A stretch of DNA of 64,000 nucleotides, taken from contig CM060733.1 of the NCBI GenBank assembly GCA_030704615.1, positions 9,610,001 to 9,674,000 on the forward strand, given 5' to 3'. Position 1 is the stretch's first letter; every line of letters starts with the position of its first letter. The translations under genes were made by a program, and so were the position numbers. Below, piece after piece: positions 24,907 to 36,886 of this stretch. A model generated the notes under the pieces. The model was not told where the DNA came from, made no database searches, and worked only from the letters and a program-made list of their open reading frames with translations. The DNA comes from Takakia lepidozioides (lineage: Eukaryota > Plantae > Bryophyta).

Positions 24907-27124
24907 TCATAGAAGCAGACAAGAATATAAAAGCACGCACGATCGTGCGAGGTAAATGTTGATGTAATATACCTTTGCTGTCATAATTGTGTGCTGGCCT
25001 CCAATGACGAAGAATTTTGAATTGTTAATATCATTTTGATGCCTTGGTTTCATGGCAGACACCTGGGTTGGCACCTGTTCATTCCTCGGCGCCAGATAGA
25101 CGGGATGTTTCGTATCTAGAACTCTCAGTTGGTAGAGACGGGCTTTTCTTTCATCATTGTGATTAATATTCAGCGGACAATACACCATGCTTCTTGGAGC
25201 AAGTTCCATCCTTGAGATGTCAATTGAGATTATGTGGTTGAACCCAAAAGGAAACATGTCTTGGTAGTCATTCTTCAGACTTTGATTTATCGCCTCGCAC
25301 TTCACCTTGTCGAAAATCTCGCCAGCTTTTGGCTTCTTGTTGTCATTCATAAATACAATATCGAGCTCATATTTCTTTTTCTTTTTCCCGGCCGGCGGCT
25401 GCTCCTCATTCTCAGTCTAAGAGGATCCCGCCGTTGACTTCCGTTTCCCTTTACTCTTTGCCCCCTTCGCTGCCGCATCGTTTCGTTGTTTTTTGTTGAT
25501 GTTTCCCTGCGCATGGAGTACATCTTGGAAAATGCTCCAAGCTCGTACGAATCCCTGAGCAATTGGGGCTGCACCACCTTCAGGGAAAGTGAATCCCATC
25601 TTCACAGTTGGTTTCATCATTGCTTTGCGAATGCAACGAGATTCCCAAGAAAAGCCAAACGTCTTTTTCGCTCTACCATCCTCCAAGGTGAAAACCACCA
25701 TCATTAGATTCTCCACGTCGGACTCCATCTCAACATCTTTAACGTAGCCATAATTAAGCTCCTTCACCTCTGCTCCAATCTTGAAGGAAAACTTCAGTTG
25801 GTGGTCAGGGGGTACACCTACAGGATTTCGTCCCCACTCGGAGATCGCCTAGTTAAGAGTATACAAAGTTACGTGGTCTATGCTGAAGTTTGGTGATTTT
25901 GGTGAGATGAAATCCCCATATATCTCCTTGCATACGCCAACCAGGCAATCCGGAGGTATGTTTGACTGGCCACTGAACATGAAACACAACATTATGTTAT
26001 CGGGATTAGAGGATTGAGAGGAAAGGCCGAAATTTGAAACAAAACATAATGTAACGGATATCAGGCCAACATACAAATGTGAATCCCACTTGGAATAAAT
26101 GGAATTGAAAAAAACTAACTTACAATTAAACTGGAATAAGGGACATTCAAATGTGACTACAACATGGAATAAATGGAATCGAATAAATCAAAGTCACAAT
26201 TAAGCTGGAAATCTCAAAAGCTGCAGATCATTTAATTGGTTTCAGAAATCATCAAGAATACTTTATTATTCAACAGTGAAGAACAAAAACAGAGACATCG
26301 TTGGCGTTTAAATGTACTGTCATATATGCCTGCCTAAAAAACTGAGATGAAGGACTATATCATGGTGATTCAGCACACCCCCTGTCAATCTCTTGAAAAC
26401 TTCTCGGGTACCCTGAAAATTATCCTACTGATTATTGTGGGTATTCGGTGGAACCACATGGAGATTCTGAACTGGTGGAAGTATACTCCGGTGTGCCCGT
26501 GCATAATCTTTCCATTTCTGATGATTCCGAATGGTCGGAACTTACAGTTGACGTAGGTGTGTATTGTGCCAAAAATGAGGCCAATGCAGCCGACCCGAGT
26601 CTGATGTGGCTAAAGTATCATATTAGTGAGTACTCTGGGGATCCGGGAGTATACCCTGGCGATGAGGGTGTATACTTTGGCGATGAGGGAGTGTACTCTG
26701 GGGATACGGGAGTATGCTCCGGGGATCCGGGTGTATACTCTGGGGAATCCGGTGTATACGCAAGGTACATAGCGCAGAAATCATTTGATTCCGCCGATAC
26801 TTCAGCTACAGGATCTCCGGAAGACCCTCCAGAGTATTGTTTTAGAAAAGAACTTAAAGCTTCTGACCCGGGAGGAACTTCGCAAAAATATCATATTGAT
26901 GAATAATTGTCCTGATCATCTAATTCAGAAGAGTAGGTGTTAGGCTCCTCCGTGGATGGAATTGTAGAAACTGGAGATGATCGATCATAAACTTGAAGTC
27001 CTTCAGAAGGTCCCGTCATAATAACCGCAGCTCGGCATTCACCTTGTGAGGAGGGTGAAAGCGTTGCCTTGTGTCCGGTATTTTCCACCTCCTTCTCTTC
27101 CTTCATTGAACACGAATCCACCAC
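24907..27124 (-). pseudogene. Decayed accessory ORF(s) of a large DNA transposon
   Basis: Broken minus-strand ORFs, including FFVIGGQHT (ParB/Srx-like motif), a K/R-rich segment and a Ser/Pro-rich segment; in-frame TGA stops. Confidence 0.4.
26633..26758 (-). repeat. 21-bp coding tandem repeat: six YTPxSPx heptads
   Basis: Minus strand reads [42 protein letters not shown]. Confidence 0.85.
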
Positions 27125-29805
27125 ACTGGAAGAATCATCAAGAACTCGTGCTCAATACAGAATGTACAGAATAAGACACGCGAAGAATGCGCGATCGTGC
27201 GTATTTGGTCCACAGTTTTACCTCCAATAACGTAAAATCCGATTTTAAGCAACAACGAGGTTGCTAAGCATGGCGAACAGAATCCCTATCCATGACTCTG
27301 TTCTTTCTGTCATAGAAGAGTATTCTGACATCTGTTATCCCAAGAAAATTCTTCTGAGGTGTAGGACCTTCAGAACCACGCGCGATCGCGCGTTATTGAA
27401 TTGAGGAACAGATGAACTAATTTCATCCCACTGTGTTAGTATTGTATTGTCTTGTGGACCACACTGAACACCTCCTCCCATCATACATAAAAGCGCAAGG
27501 TTCAATAATTGCATAATCCTTAAAATTGAAAACACTGAGTTTATTGTACTACTAATGAAAGATTTCTTCGACCCTATACAGTTTGGTATTAGCTACTGTT
27601 TGTTAGTGCTCCTGTTGGTGACGACTTGTACCAAATGAAGCACGCGCGATTGCGCGTGCTTCTTCAGACCATTCCCTTGCTGAAAGTGGTTATTGACCTT
27701 GCTCCAAGACCTAACTAAACCATGTTTCGCAATACTATAACTGAAATAAACACGGGCGATCGCGCGAGGTTTCTCTACAGCTTACTAAATCATTAGGAAT
27801 CCCTATTTCGAGAGGCACGTAATGCAGATCTTGGAAATAATGTAGATAACCGAATCGAGCCAAAAACACAGTTCGGTATCCAGAATTGTATATAGTAAAA
27901 TGAGTTCACGCGCGATCGCGCGTGAATGGACTGTGTCATGGTACCTATACTGAGGCCTACACCATAGGCTGCAAAACCTACAGTTGCCAGCTGTACCTAC
28001 GAACCCTAAGAAATCGGAATTCGTGATGTCTCGAATCCGGAGTCGTTCCTCAAGGAAAGCGTACATATCCCGTAATCTTCCACAATTCCCAATCCTTCTA
28101 TCGACCATCCTACCTCTGTAACCCTGGAATCAATCCAAAAATCAAAACAAGCAATCAAAACAATCAAAACAATCAATCATTCGCTCAAACAAGCAAACAA
28201 TCAAACAAGCAATCAATCAAACATGCAACTTCTACTTTCCTGCAATCTCTGCAGCCCACGGAAGAATCCCTCATTGCATGCACGAAGAAGACGCGAATTT
28301 TTTTTACCTGTTTGATGCCATTTCAGGCAAGGATCCTCCCTGGAGGGCTGGATGAGCTCTCTCGCTCGGGTGCGCACAACAGCTTCCAGGATAGCTTACT
28401 CTCTTGCTTAGCCCTCCTTTCACTCTGTCACACTCCCCCACACACGGTGAATCGCTCAAACCCACTCACACTCACTCCAACTCACGCTCCCTCAATCTCT
28501 CACTCTCTCGCTTCCTCTATCTCCACCTCTCTGCCTCCCTCGCTCTGTCGCTCTCTCACGCACCTCTTCCCTGAGTCCAAAATTGAGCAGAGCTTCCGCG
28601 TGTCTCAAATGAATGCAAAAGGAGTCTCCTTTCGGTCACTCCTCTTTATATGTCTTACCACCTGTGATCTCAACCGTCGGCGTTATGTCGCATCCGACGG
28701 TTTGTGGCCTCGATGCATGGATGAATGAAAGGCGGAATGTTTGTCCCACCGGTTCGCTAAGGACCCCTAAATTTATGCAGGTACAATCAATGATGCGACA
28801 TGACTGTCAGTAATGAATGGACTCCACTAGTTTGTCCAGAGTGTTACGGCGCGGCAATCCGACGCCTTCATAAAGTGAATTCCCTGGAATGATTGCGAGT
28901 TCCCGTAACGGCGTTCATCCATGAGGGGAGTTGAATCATCCACTAGGGCAGTCATCTCATCCAGTATACGTCTGTTTCATCCGCGTAGGCTTTTATTTCA
29001 TCCAATGATAAATTATTATTCATAGGTTCAATAATGACGTGTCGGGACGTGCATCTGGGATTCGATCAGTCTGACGTTTTCTCCACCTACACCTCATCTA
29101 CGGCCCCACGTTCATTGCGACTACTTAATGTCACCCTGCCATAGATGGCCACCGGCTCATCACAATGGCCTTAAGAGGCGGCCACTTTCGTCGCCGTCTA
29201 TTCCTTCTCTTACATCATTAATTCAACATTGGATTTGCTGCTTCTCTGGTGCTTTGAATGTCAGATTCCAGATCTCGAATCAGTTAGTTATTCGCAGTGG
29301 CCGCAATAACTTATGGACCCCTTAATGTTTGGAGGATTTCAGACTCCTACCTAAATTTCTGCTCTGGATGACACATAATAGCCACTAGATTACACGAAAG
29401 AGCATATCAAGGGCCTGGGGGGTGCACCCCAGCCAACCTGTACCAGCCACGTGCGTGCACAAGAGGGGGTATTTTTAACCCCCCCTCCCCATGTACAACA
29501 TTATACATACATAGGGGAGTAAACAATACCTTAAATATAAGTCTACAGCAAGGGTTTAGCATGATTAAGAGGGTAGCGTAGTGGTAAGGATTATCATTGT
29601 TATGACACTAATCGTGGGTTCAAATCACCATGCAGTCTGGAGTTTTTCGAAAACTTTGAAAATACATATTTCGCTGCAAGGATTTGAACTCGAGGCCACC
29701 TACACACCACGAGTATCTCGATACCACTAGGCTACTCCACGATTCTTAAAAATAGTGATTAATAGTAATATAGAAGAAAGACAGTTTATTGTGCTTTGTG
29801 TCATC

Positions 29806-30250
29806 GTTGAGATCTCCCAAACCGCGGGGCCCCAGCCCTGGTGTTTGGTACCATTGGAAAGCCCTCATTGAGGAGGGGTGCACCGGCTTGGTCTCATAAT
29901 TTTGGGACTTGCGGTGTGAGAGATATGAATTTTCACGTATTTTTGGTCGTTGAAAACTCGCGAAAAATAGCAAAGTGGGCTTTCTTGCAACAATGAGTGG
30001 CCCTTCATTTGTCTCAACGTGACGGGTGACGGGTTGCGGAAGTTGCCATGGACGACAGCTAAACGGGTCCACAATATCTAAATGTAAATTGGGTTTTATT
30101 TTTTAAATATGATATTAACACAATATTGTTTGTAGGATCCTTGAGATCTTCCAAACTGCGGGGCTTCTAGCCACGAATTTTGGTACCGTTGGAAAGCCCA
30201 AAATGAATAGGGATGCACCAACTTGGTTTCATAAAATTTGGACCTACAGG
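29806..30250. repeat. Diverged ~105-bp direct repeat pair (TE-internal)
   Basis: TTGAGATCT.CCAAAC.GCGGGGC...TTTGGTACC.TTGGAAAGCCC...GG.TGCACC..CTTGGT.TCATAA at about 29807 and 30141. Confidence 0.7.
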
Positions 30251-32259
30251 CCGAGGTCTGTTTTTAAATGAATGTATTTAATATAATATAAAGACATACA
30301 TATACGTATTTGAGATTATTTTTTAATGATTGAAAAGGGGAATATACATACAGAAGGGGGGTGCTTTTTGAAAATTATGAATTTCTGTATATTTACAGGA
30401 GAGGGTTTTATAATCTTCAAAAAGTATGTTCAGAGGGGGTATAAATTATCCAAGGACCCATATACAGGGGGTTTTTTTATTAGCCGGCGAACACACGTGA
30501 TACATACATTTTATAAAGAGTGCAAGCCCCCAGGATCAAGGGCGACATGTGTCAATCCATGACACTCCAAACGCACCTCTGTAATGTGAACACGTCGACC
30601 TCAGACTGTTTCCGTATAAGAGCCTGCCCTGTGCACGCATGTCATTTTTTCCCTCTCAGTTGCTCTGGCTGGCTGATCTTCAGGACTGTCTGTCTTACGT
30701 TCATTCTTCCCTTTGTACTCCTGTCAATATTGAGAACCTCTCCACTTCATCAGGGTTTCTCTTCTGTCTCTCTGCTCCTCTGTTCCCATCCACTATCCGC
30801 AAAGATCTTACCTACACACCCGACCGTTTTATGTACTTTGAATGATCACTCGCACTATAATTGTTTCGTTCATCCATGTTTTCATTTATTCATCCATTTT
30901 CTTTGTTGTCATCCAAAACTCGCTTACCATTATTTATCCGTCCTTTATTTCATCCATCTGAACCACGCGCGAACGCCCGTCAATTTAGTTCTATTTCTGT
31001 TATGGAATCGTAGACAATGTTGTACATTCGGGTCAAAGCTTTAGTAGATCCTTTTATTTTCTACAAATTTTTATTTCGACCAATACAGACCTACATTCTA
31101 CATTCTAATACATAATCTGAGAGTCCGTCTATTTTCAATTCCTAAATCATTATAACTTTAAATGCGGGCGATCGCGCGAGGTTTCTTTTCATCTTCTTCA
31201 TCAGTTTTTTCTAAACAAACTTCAGTAACTTATTGTTTCACTCTTTCTTAGTGTCCATCGATATAGTGCCAAGTTCATTAATCACCAGCATCTCTACTGA
31301 AGGATACACGCGCGATCGCGTGAGGTTCGTCGTTCCAAACTGGTAAAAATATATTCCTCACTCTTCAGGGCTCGAACTCTATCGTCACAACAGCTGTAGT
31401 GTCTTGCGATCCGACACATTCTTCTGTGTCATTGCCATATCCGCATATGGATGCGGACTCTTTGGGAGAAGCAATTGGAACACCTGTCGTTTGGGATGTT
31501 GTGCAAATTCAAAAAGATAGTGGGAGTGACATCAACACCAACAATGAGGATCCTCAGGTCTCGGAGGTGGAATTGACATCTGCGGATGATTCCAATCCAA
31601 AATTCAATGAACAAATTGAATCTGACTTGTCAAGGCCGTCTCCGAATAACGATGTTGCTATGGGTAGAGACAGCTAGAGAAATAAGATGTGTATTCTCCT
31701 TGGAGATGAACAAAGTGCTTTGTAGAGAGCAGAATTCAAGCATGTCATTCTGACGAGGTGATACTTTGTGAGAAAGTTGGAGATCATCACGTCGGGGTGC
31801 TCGTTACAAGGATTTTGAATGGTGGTTCGACCAATCTCATGTGTCTCGTGAACTAGCCATTGACGCAGACTCAGTTGATTGATAGTGGCAGGACATAGTC
31901 ATATGAGCTTGATAGGTTCGTCAATAGTGAGGAACAAACAAATATTGGTCACAACGAGAAAGGTGTGAAAAAAACGGCATACCAGCATTTCAACAGACCA
32001 AAAAAAATCTGAAAAAAGACGTTTCCAAAAAGATAAATACTCGCCTATCTCTGCAGGCAGTTCGAGAAGTCAGCAGCAAACAATGTTGCAATTTACAGTA
32101 TTGCCAATATTTCGACTGGAGAAAAACACTCGCTATCCGAACCGCTTATTGGGGATCCTCTTACAACGAATGGAGAGAGCTCGGTTTTGATGTGCCCAAA
32201 AGACTTCATCGAATCGACGGGGTTTCGACAAAAGCCTACATAACCATTGAGGCGTTGAT

Positions 32260-34627
32260 GTGTGTGAGACAGCTTGGTGGACAATTCACGGAATCGGTCG
32301 GTCAACCTACATGGAATACAAAAAGCTAAGCAGAGAGGGTGTGGTTATATCGTTGCACGGGAATTCCGGCGTGAAACGGCCCCGTCCACAAACTTGTCAA
32401 GCTGAAGGAAACTTAATGTCCATTATAAACGGAAATTCCGATCTCATGCCTCATAAGACCCGCTGTATTGGAGATGGACGGAGAGATACTCTTCGAGTTC
32501 TGCCAAGGTCTGAACTGAACTGGAAAAACGTTCGTGAGGAGTGTAATGAGGTGAGTTCTTATTCTGTCTACCACTTTCCGAATTCTATAATTTTTCGGTC
32601 CTTCGCTGTTTTGCTTCCATGTAATGTTTCAAATCTCTCACTATTAAAGCTCGGACGATCGCACGAGGTTCATTTCCCCCTTTCTGTCTTGCAGGCGAAT
32701 AAAATATGTGGGTTGAAGCCTATCTCCCAGGCAGCCGTGAGCAGAATCAGATAACGGATTTTTCCCAATGTCGAGGTTAGAAAAAATGGTAGCACGTTTG
32801 CCAAATGCACAGATTGTGAGATGCTCAAAGATCTAATCAAGAAGTCGGTCAAACGTAGCGATGAGCAGGCCTCGCACAAGAAAGCACTTGATAAGCACCT
32901 CAGGCTTCAGGAGTCTTGTAGGAGATTCTATCACAGTTGGAGGAATGAGTCAGCCATGATGCCGTCCGAGTTCCTCTGCATCATTCATGACAAGATGGAT
33001 CATCGGAAAACAATTATTCCAAGGTTACAGACGACGAACAAGGTGGTCTCCGGCTTAGGTCAGCTTCTAATCTCGCTGACAGACATGGTCACCCACGGCC
33101 ACGGGGACGGAGCCTACGGACAGTACTCTCTGGACTTCTAGCCAGGAGACCCGAACTTCACGATTGGCTCTTTGGCAAGATGCCTCTGCCAACTAGAGAA
33201 GCCTTCTTGCCGCGAAAGTCGTAACATCTTTGACCACCCACCTCAAAATTCCTTTCTCGAATCTCTCATGAAGGGTAAATTGAGGTGTCTCGACGTCCTG
33301 AAACCTTCCGGCGATAAGGAGAAGAAGAAAAGAAAAGTCCCTCTTCCGCGAAGACTATATCTGCAGTTAAACAACTGCGTGAAGGAAAACAAAAACAGGT
33401 GGATGTTGGCTTTCTATCGCTCCTAACTGCGAGAGGAGTGTTTGAGGAGATTCAGATGGGATTTCTCATGGTTGGCCAGATATCGACGGATTCTTCAGTT
33501 ATTTATCAAAGAAACTGAAGCAAAACATCATCTACGTTCTCTCCGATCTTATGAGGTTTTTTATGATCTCTCAAGATCTGCAATTTGTTCCTCAAATCAT
33601 TCAAGAGGTGCCAGATTTCAAGGTGTATGTGGACGGTTGCATTCTCGATGGAAAAGAGGCTTTAGTTGGGCAAACATAAATGCATGTATTTCGATTCTAT
33701 GTAGATGAAGATGGGTGGCATGTCATGAAGTTAAAGAAGTTTGCTACTGATTCTAAGTGGCTCCCCAAAAAAAGCGCGGTGAAGATGTGGAAGTTGAATC
33801 CCGATGGATCTCCAAAGTTGCTTGTAGCAGTACAACCTAGGGCTGTAAAAAAAACACCAATTTGGGGTGTGAGAGATGACTCATCCGATAAACAGTCTTT
33901 TATCAAAACTGGAATTAAAAAATACAAGGAGTTCTGGAAGAAGAGGATGTTGCTTGACGATCATTATCGTGACATCATGATGCAGTATGATCAATACTGG
34001 GAAGCAATCCTTGCAGAACTTGATCTTCCCATTCTAGTTGAATCACGACATTCAATCGCGCTTAAAGAGGGTTTTTGGCCCTCAACCAAGTGGGCTGTCA
34101 ACCACCACAGAGGCGGAATCCATACACCTGCAGAGGATGATCTGTCAGAAAAAGATGAAGTCCTGAAGCCGTATTGTGGCCCTCGGTGTGATAGACCAAA
34201 GCATCCTCTAAATCCGTTCAAGGATATTGAGAACGGATTCTTCGTCTTGGTTCGACCAGTAGATACTGTGACGTTTCCAGTCTGGATGGGGAAAACAATA
34301 TTGGATGTGGTCCGCGACAGAGGATCCAAGAATTTTAAGAATGTTCACGTCGAATGGTGGAGACCCAAGAAATGAGGTAGCCCTTCCGATTTGGACAGGT
34401 ACAGAGATTGTTGGTCCAAAGTTTGGGAGTTCAATCCAGATGATCCCCCTCAGTGGATTCACATTAACTCTGTCGTTTGGACAATGCCCGCCAGAAAAAA
34501 CACGACACGTAATAGCTCTAAGAAAATTACCGCGGTGGAGACGGAGAAAGCACAAGCAAATCTGGATGAGACCAATCAACAGTCAGACAATGAAGACAAT
34601 GCAACCTCTGGTGGAGAACAAGGTTGA
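32260..34627 (+). mobile_element. Decayed Sola-like DDD transposase gene with intron
   Basis: Motifs C..C...K, CIIHDKMD, RRLYLQL(N)NCVKENKN and FLMVG..ID.FFS across frameshifts and stops; intron 32551-32694 (GTGAGT...TTGCAG). Confidence 0.6.
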
Positions 34628-34959
34628 CAATGACATATTGTGGAGGTTCACTCCTCGGCATGTTTTCAAGAATAAAACTAATGTTTTACCTCCACTCTCC
34701 ATTTGTTTCTCTTCACGTGTTCAAATATTAATCTAACTTCTTTGCCAGCCACCAGTTTTTTTCCGGACCTCATCTCTGTAACGTTTCAGGAACCTCGAGT
34801 GATCATGCGGAGTTCCTAGTTTTTTCTGATGTCACTGCTTCCTTCTCTTTGCAGTTCCTCTCTCACATTACACCCATTTCTTTTGGTTCTCACCATAGTG
34901 TCTTCTCCTCAACAGATTCGCCCATGTCCTTCATTCTCGGTCCACATCGTCGTATTGTA

Positions 34960-36089
34960 AAATTTCCCAATCACAGATTGTATCTAATCTATGAAGAATG
35001 CGCATCAAACAATGGAGTTACGTTAAGGGCTTAGGGTTTAGGGTTTAGAGAACTATAAATGGACAAACAATTATGGAATGTGAGTCTTTACATGGAGGTC
35101 GTACAACAATTCAGGAAATATCCCCTCCACTTCGACCACACCCAAAACTGGAAGCAATAAATTAAATAGGCATCAGACATTGGAATTAGGTTTTAGGGTA
35201 CGGAGTTGAGTAGTGTAATAAACATACTACTCAGTATGAATGGACCAAAATTTTTGGGAAAGTGTACAAGTGACTTGTCACCTAAGAAATTAGACTTGAA
35301 TGAAATATCCGAAGGGCCATTCTATTATGCCCAACCTTGTAACCCTTGAAGAATGTGCATCAAACATTCGAATTAGGTTTAGGGTATATGGTTTAAGGTG
35401 AGGACAATGTAAGGACTGAAGGTCCTAGAAGTATTGTCTTTAGAAGGTCCTAATAAGATAAACAGACCCGAGATAAATTGACCTGAGATGACACGGAATA
35501 ACGGGTGGCAAAGCGAGGTTCGAGAATGATTAGTAACGAAGAAAATTGAGAAGAATCTTAAGATAATCTGAAAAGGCAATGAAGGAAATGTAACTCTGTA
35601 CTTGGAGCCAGACTTACAGAAAGCTACTGACGAGTAATGAGAGAAGATTCACAAGATTCAGAAGCAGTAAACCGCGAGAAAGCCTGTCCATTGAAGCAAC
35701 AACTTTCACAAATTGCATCGCGGTTTATACTCAGGACGTTTTTTAGACCAATCTAAACCCTAAATCATAGGTGACAAATCATCTGTACCCTTCCCAATAT
35801 TTTCTTTTCCATTCATACCGAATACTATGGTTAGTACCCTCGCAAACTCTATACCCTAAAACCTAATTTCAATGTTTGATGCTTATTTAATTTATTACTT
35901 CCAATTTTGGGTACGGTCGAAGTGGTGGGGATAATATTTCATGAATTGTTCTACGTATGGATAAAGACTCAAACTCCATAATTGTTTGTCCATTTACAGT
36001 TTTCTAAAACCCTAAACCCTAAACCAAACTCCACAGTTTGATTCACATTCATCATAGAAATTTGGATACAATCTGTGGTTGGGATATTT
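34960..36089. repeat. Imperfect ~330-bp inverted repeat with telomere-like TTTAGGG motifs
   Basis: Arm 34960-35286 matches the reverse complement of 35765-36089 (e.g. AAATGGACAAACAATTATGGA / TCCATAATTGTTTGTCCATTT). Confidence 0.75.
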
Positions 36090-36614
36090 CATTAACAAAT
36101 TTTCATAGGTGCCAAGTCATCTGTACACTTGAAAACTTGCAATACATTGGTTTATGGTACTACTATACTGTAAGCATGGTGTGGACGTTTACTTTTCATT
36201 TGTATATTATCTTCTTGAATCATCTGTTTATGTCATACATCTATCAATTTATTAATAACTTCATTCAATCGATTTTATCTTTATAATTTTCTGATGCAAA
36301 GTACGTCATTCGACTTACCATTCGATGTTACATGAATGGGATTGTGCAACTTTACAAGTTAAATTACTCAATATTCCACGATATTATTATTAATACCTGA
36401 ATTTAATTTTAATTATGTTCTATATTAAGTTTGGTCCGGATTTAAGCCAAAAGTCCGGAATTACTTAAAGTAGGGTTTCATCTTCCAGCCCTGCATTTGC
36501 CACTTCAATGGACATGCTCTTCCCAAGCTTGAGATTGAAACCCCAATGCGGTTATAAGTACGACCGGGCGTGATCAGTAATCGCTCCTCCAGATTTTCAC
36601 GGGCCGCTAGGTGG

Positions 36615-36886
36615 AAGCACATCATGTTTGTGTGCATTTGCAATGCTTGTGCAAGCCTGGCAGCCAGCCTGGAGAAGGGCAAAGAGGTGCATGGGGATAT
36701 CATCAAAGCTGGAATTGTACCAAATGTGAATCTGAACACTGCCCTGGCAGCTCTGGAAAAGGGGAAAGAGGTCCATGGCGGCATCTTCAGAGCTGGAATT
36801 GTACCAAATGTCAGTCTGAACCATACTCCGGTGGACATGTATGCTATATGTGGGTGCATCGAGCCTGGACGAGGGCAAAGAGGTGC
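36615..36886 (+). pseudogene. Short PPR L/S-motif relic fused to inverted RT
   Basis: HIMFVCICNACASLAASLEKGKEVHGDIIKAGIVPN...; joins the minus-strand RT at AGGTGC microhomology (36881-36886). Confidence 0.75.

Noticed and set aside
26448-26906. Plus-strand 152-aa ORF with YSGDPGV repeats
   Set aside because: Probably the antisense shadow of the minus-strand YTPxSPx repeat; neighbouring TE ORFs are on the minus strand.
29570-29740. tRNA genes (also 44550-44625)
   Set aside because: A/B-box-like motifs only; no convincing cloverleaf seen; SINE or TE-derived.
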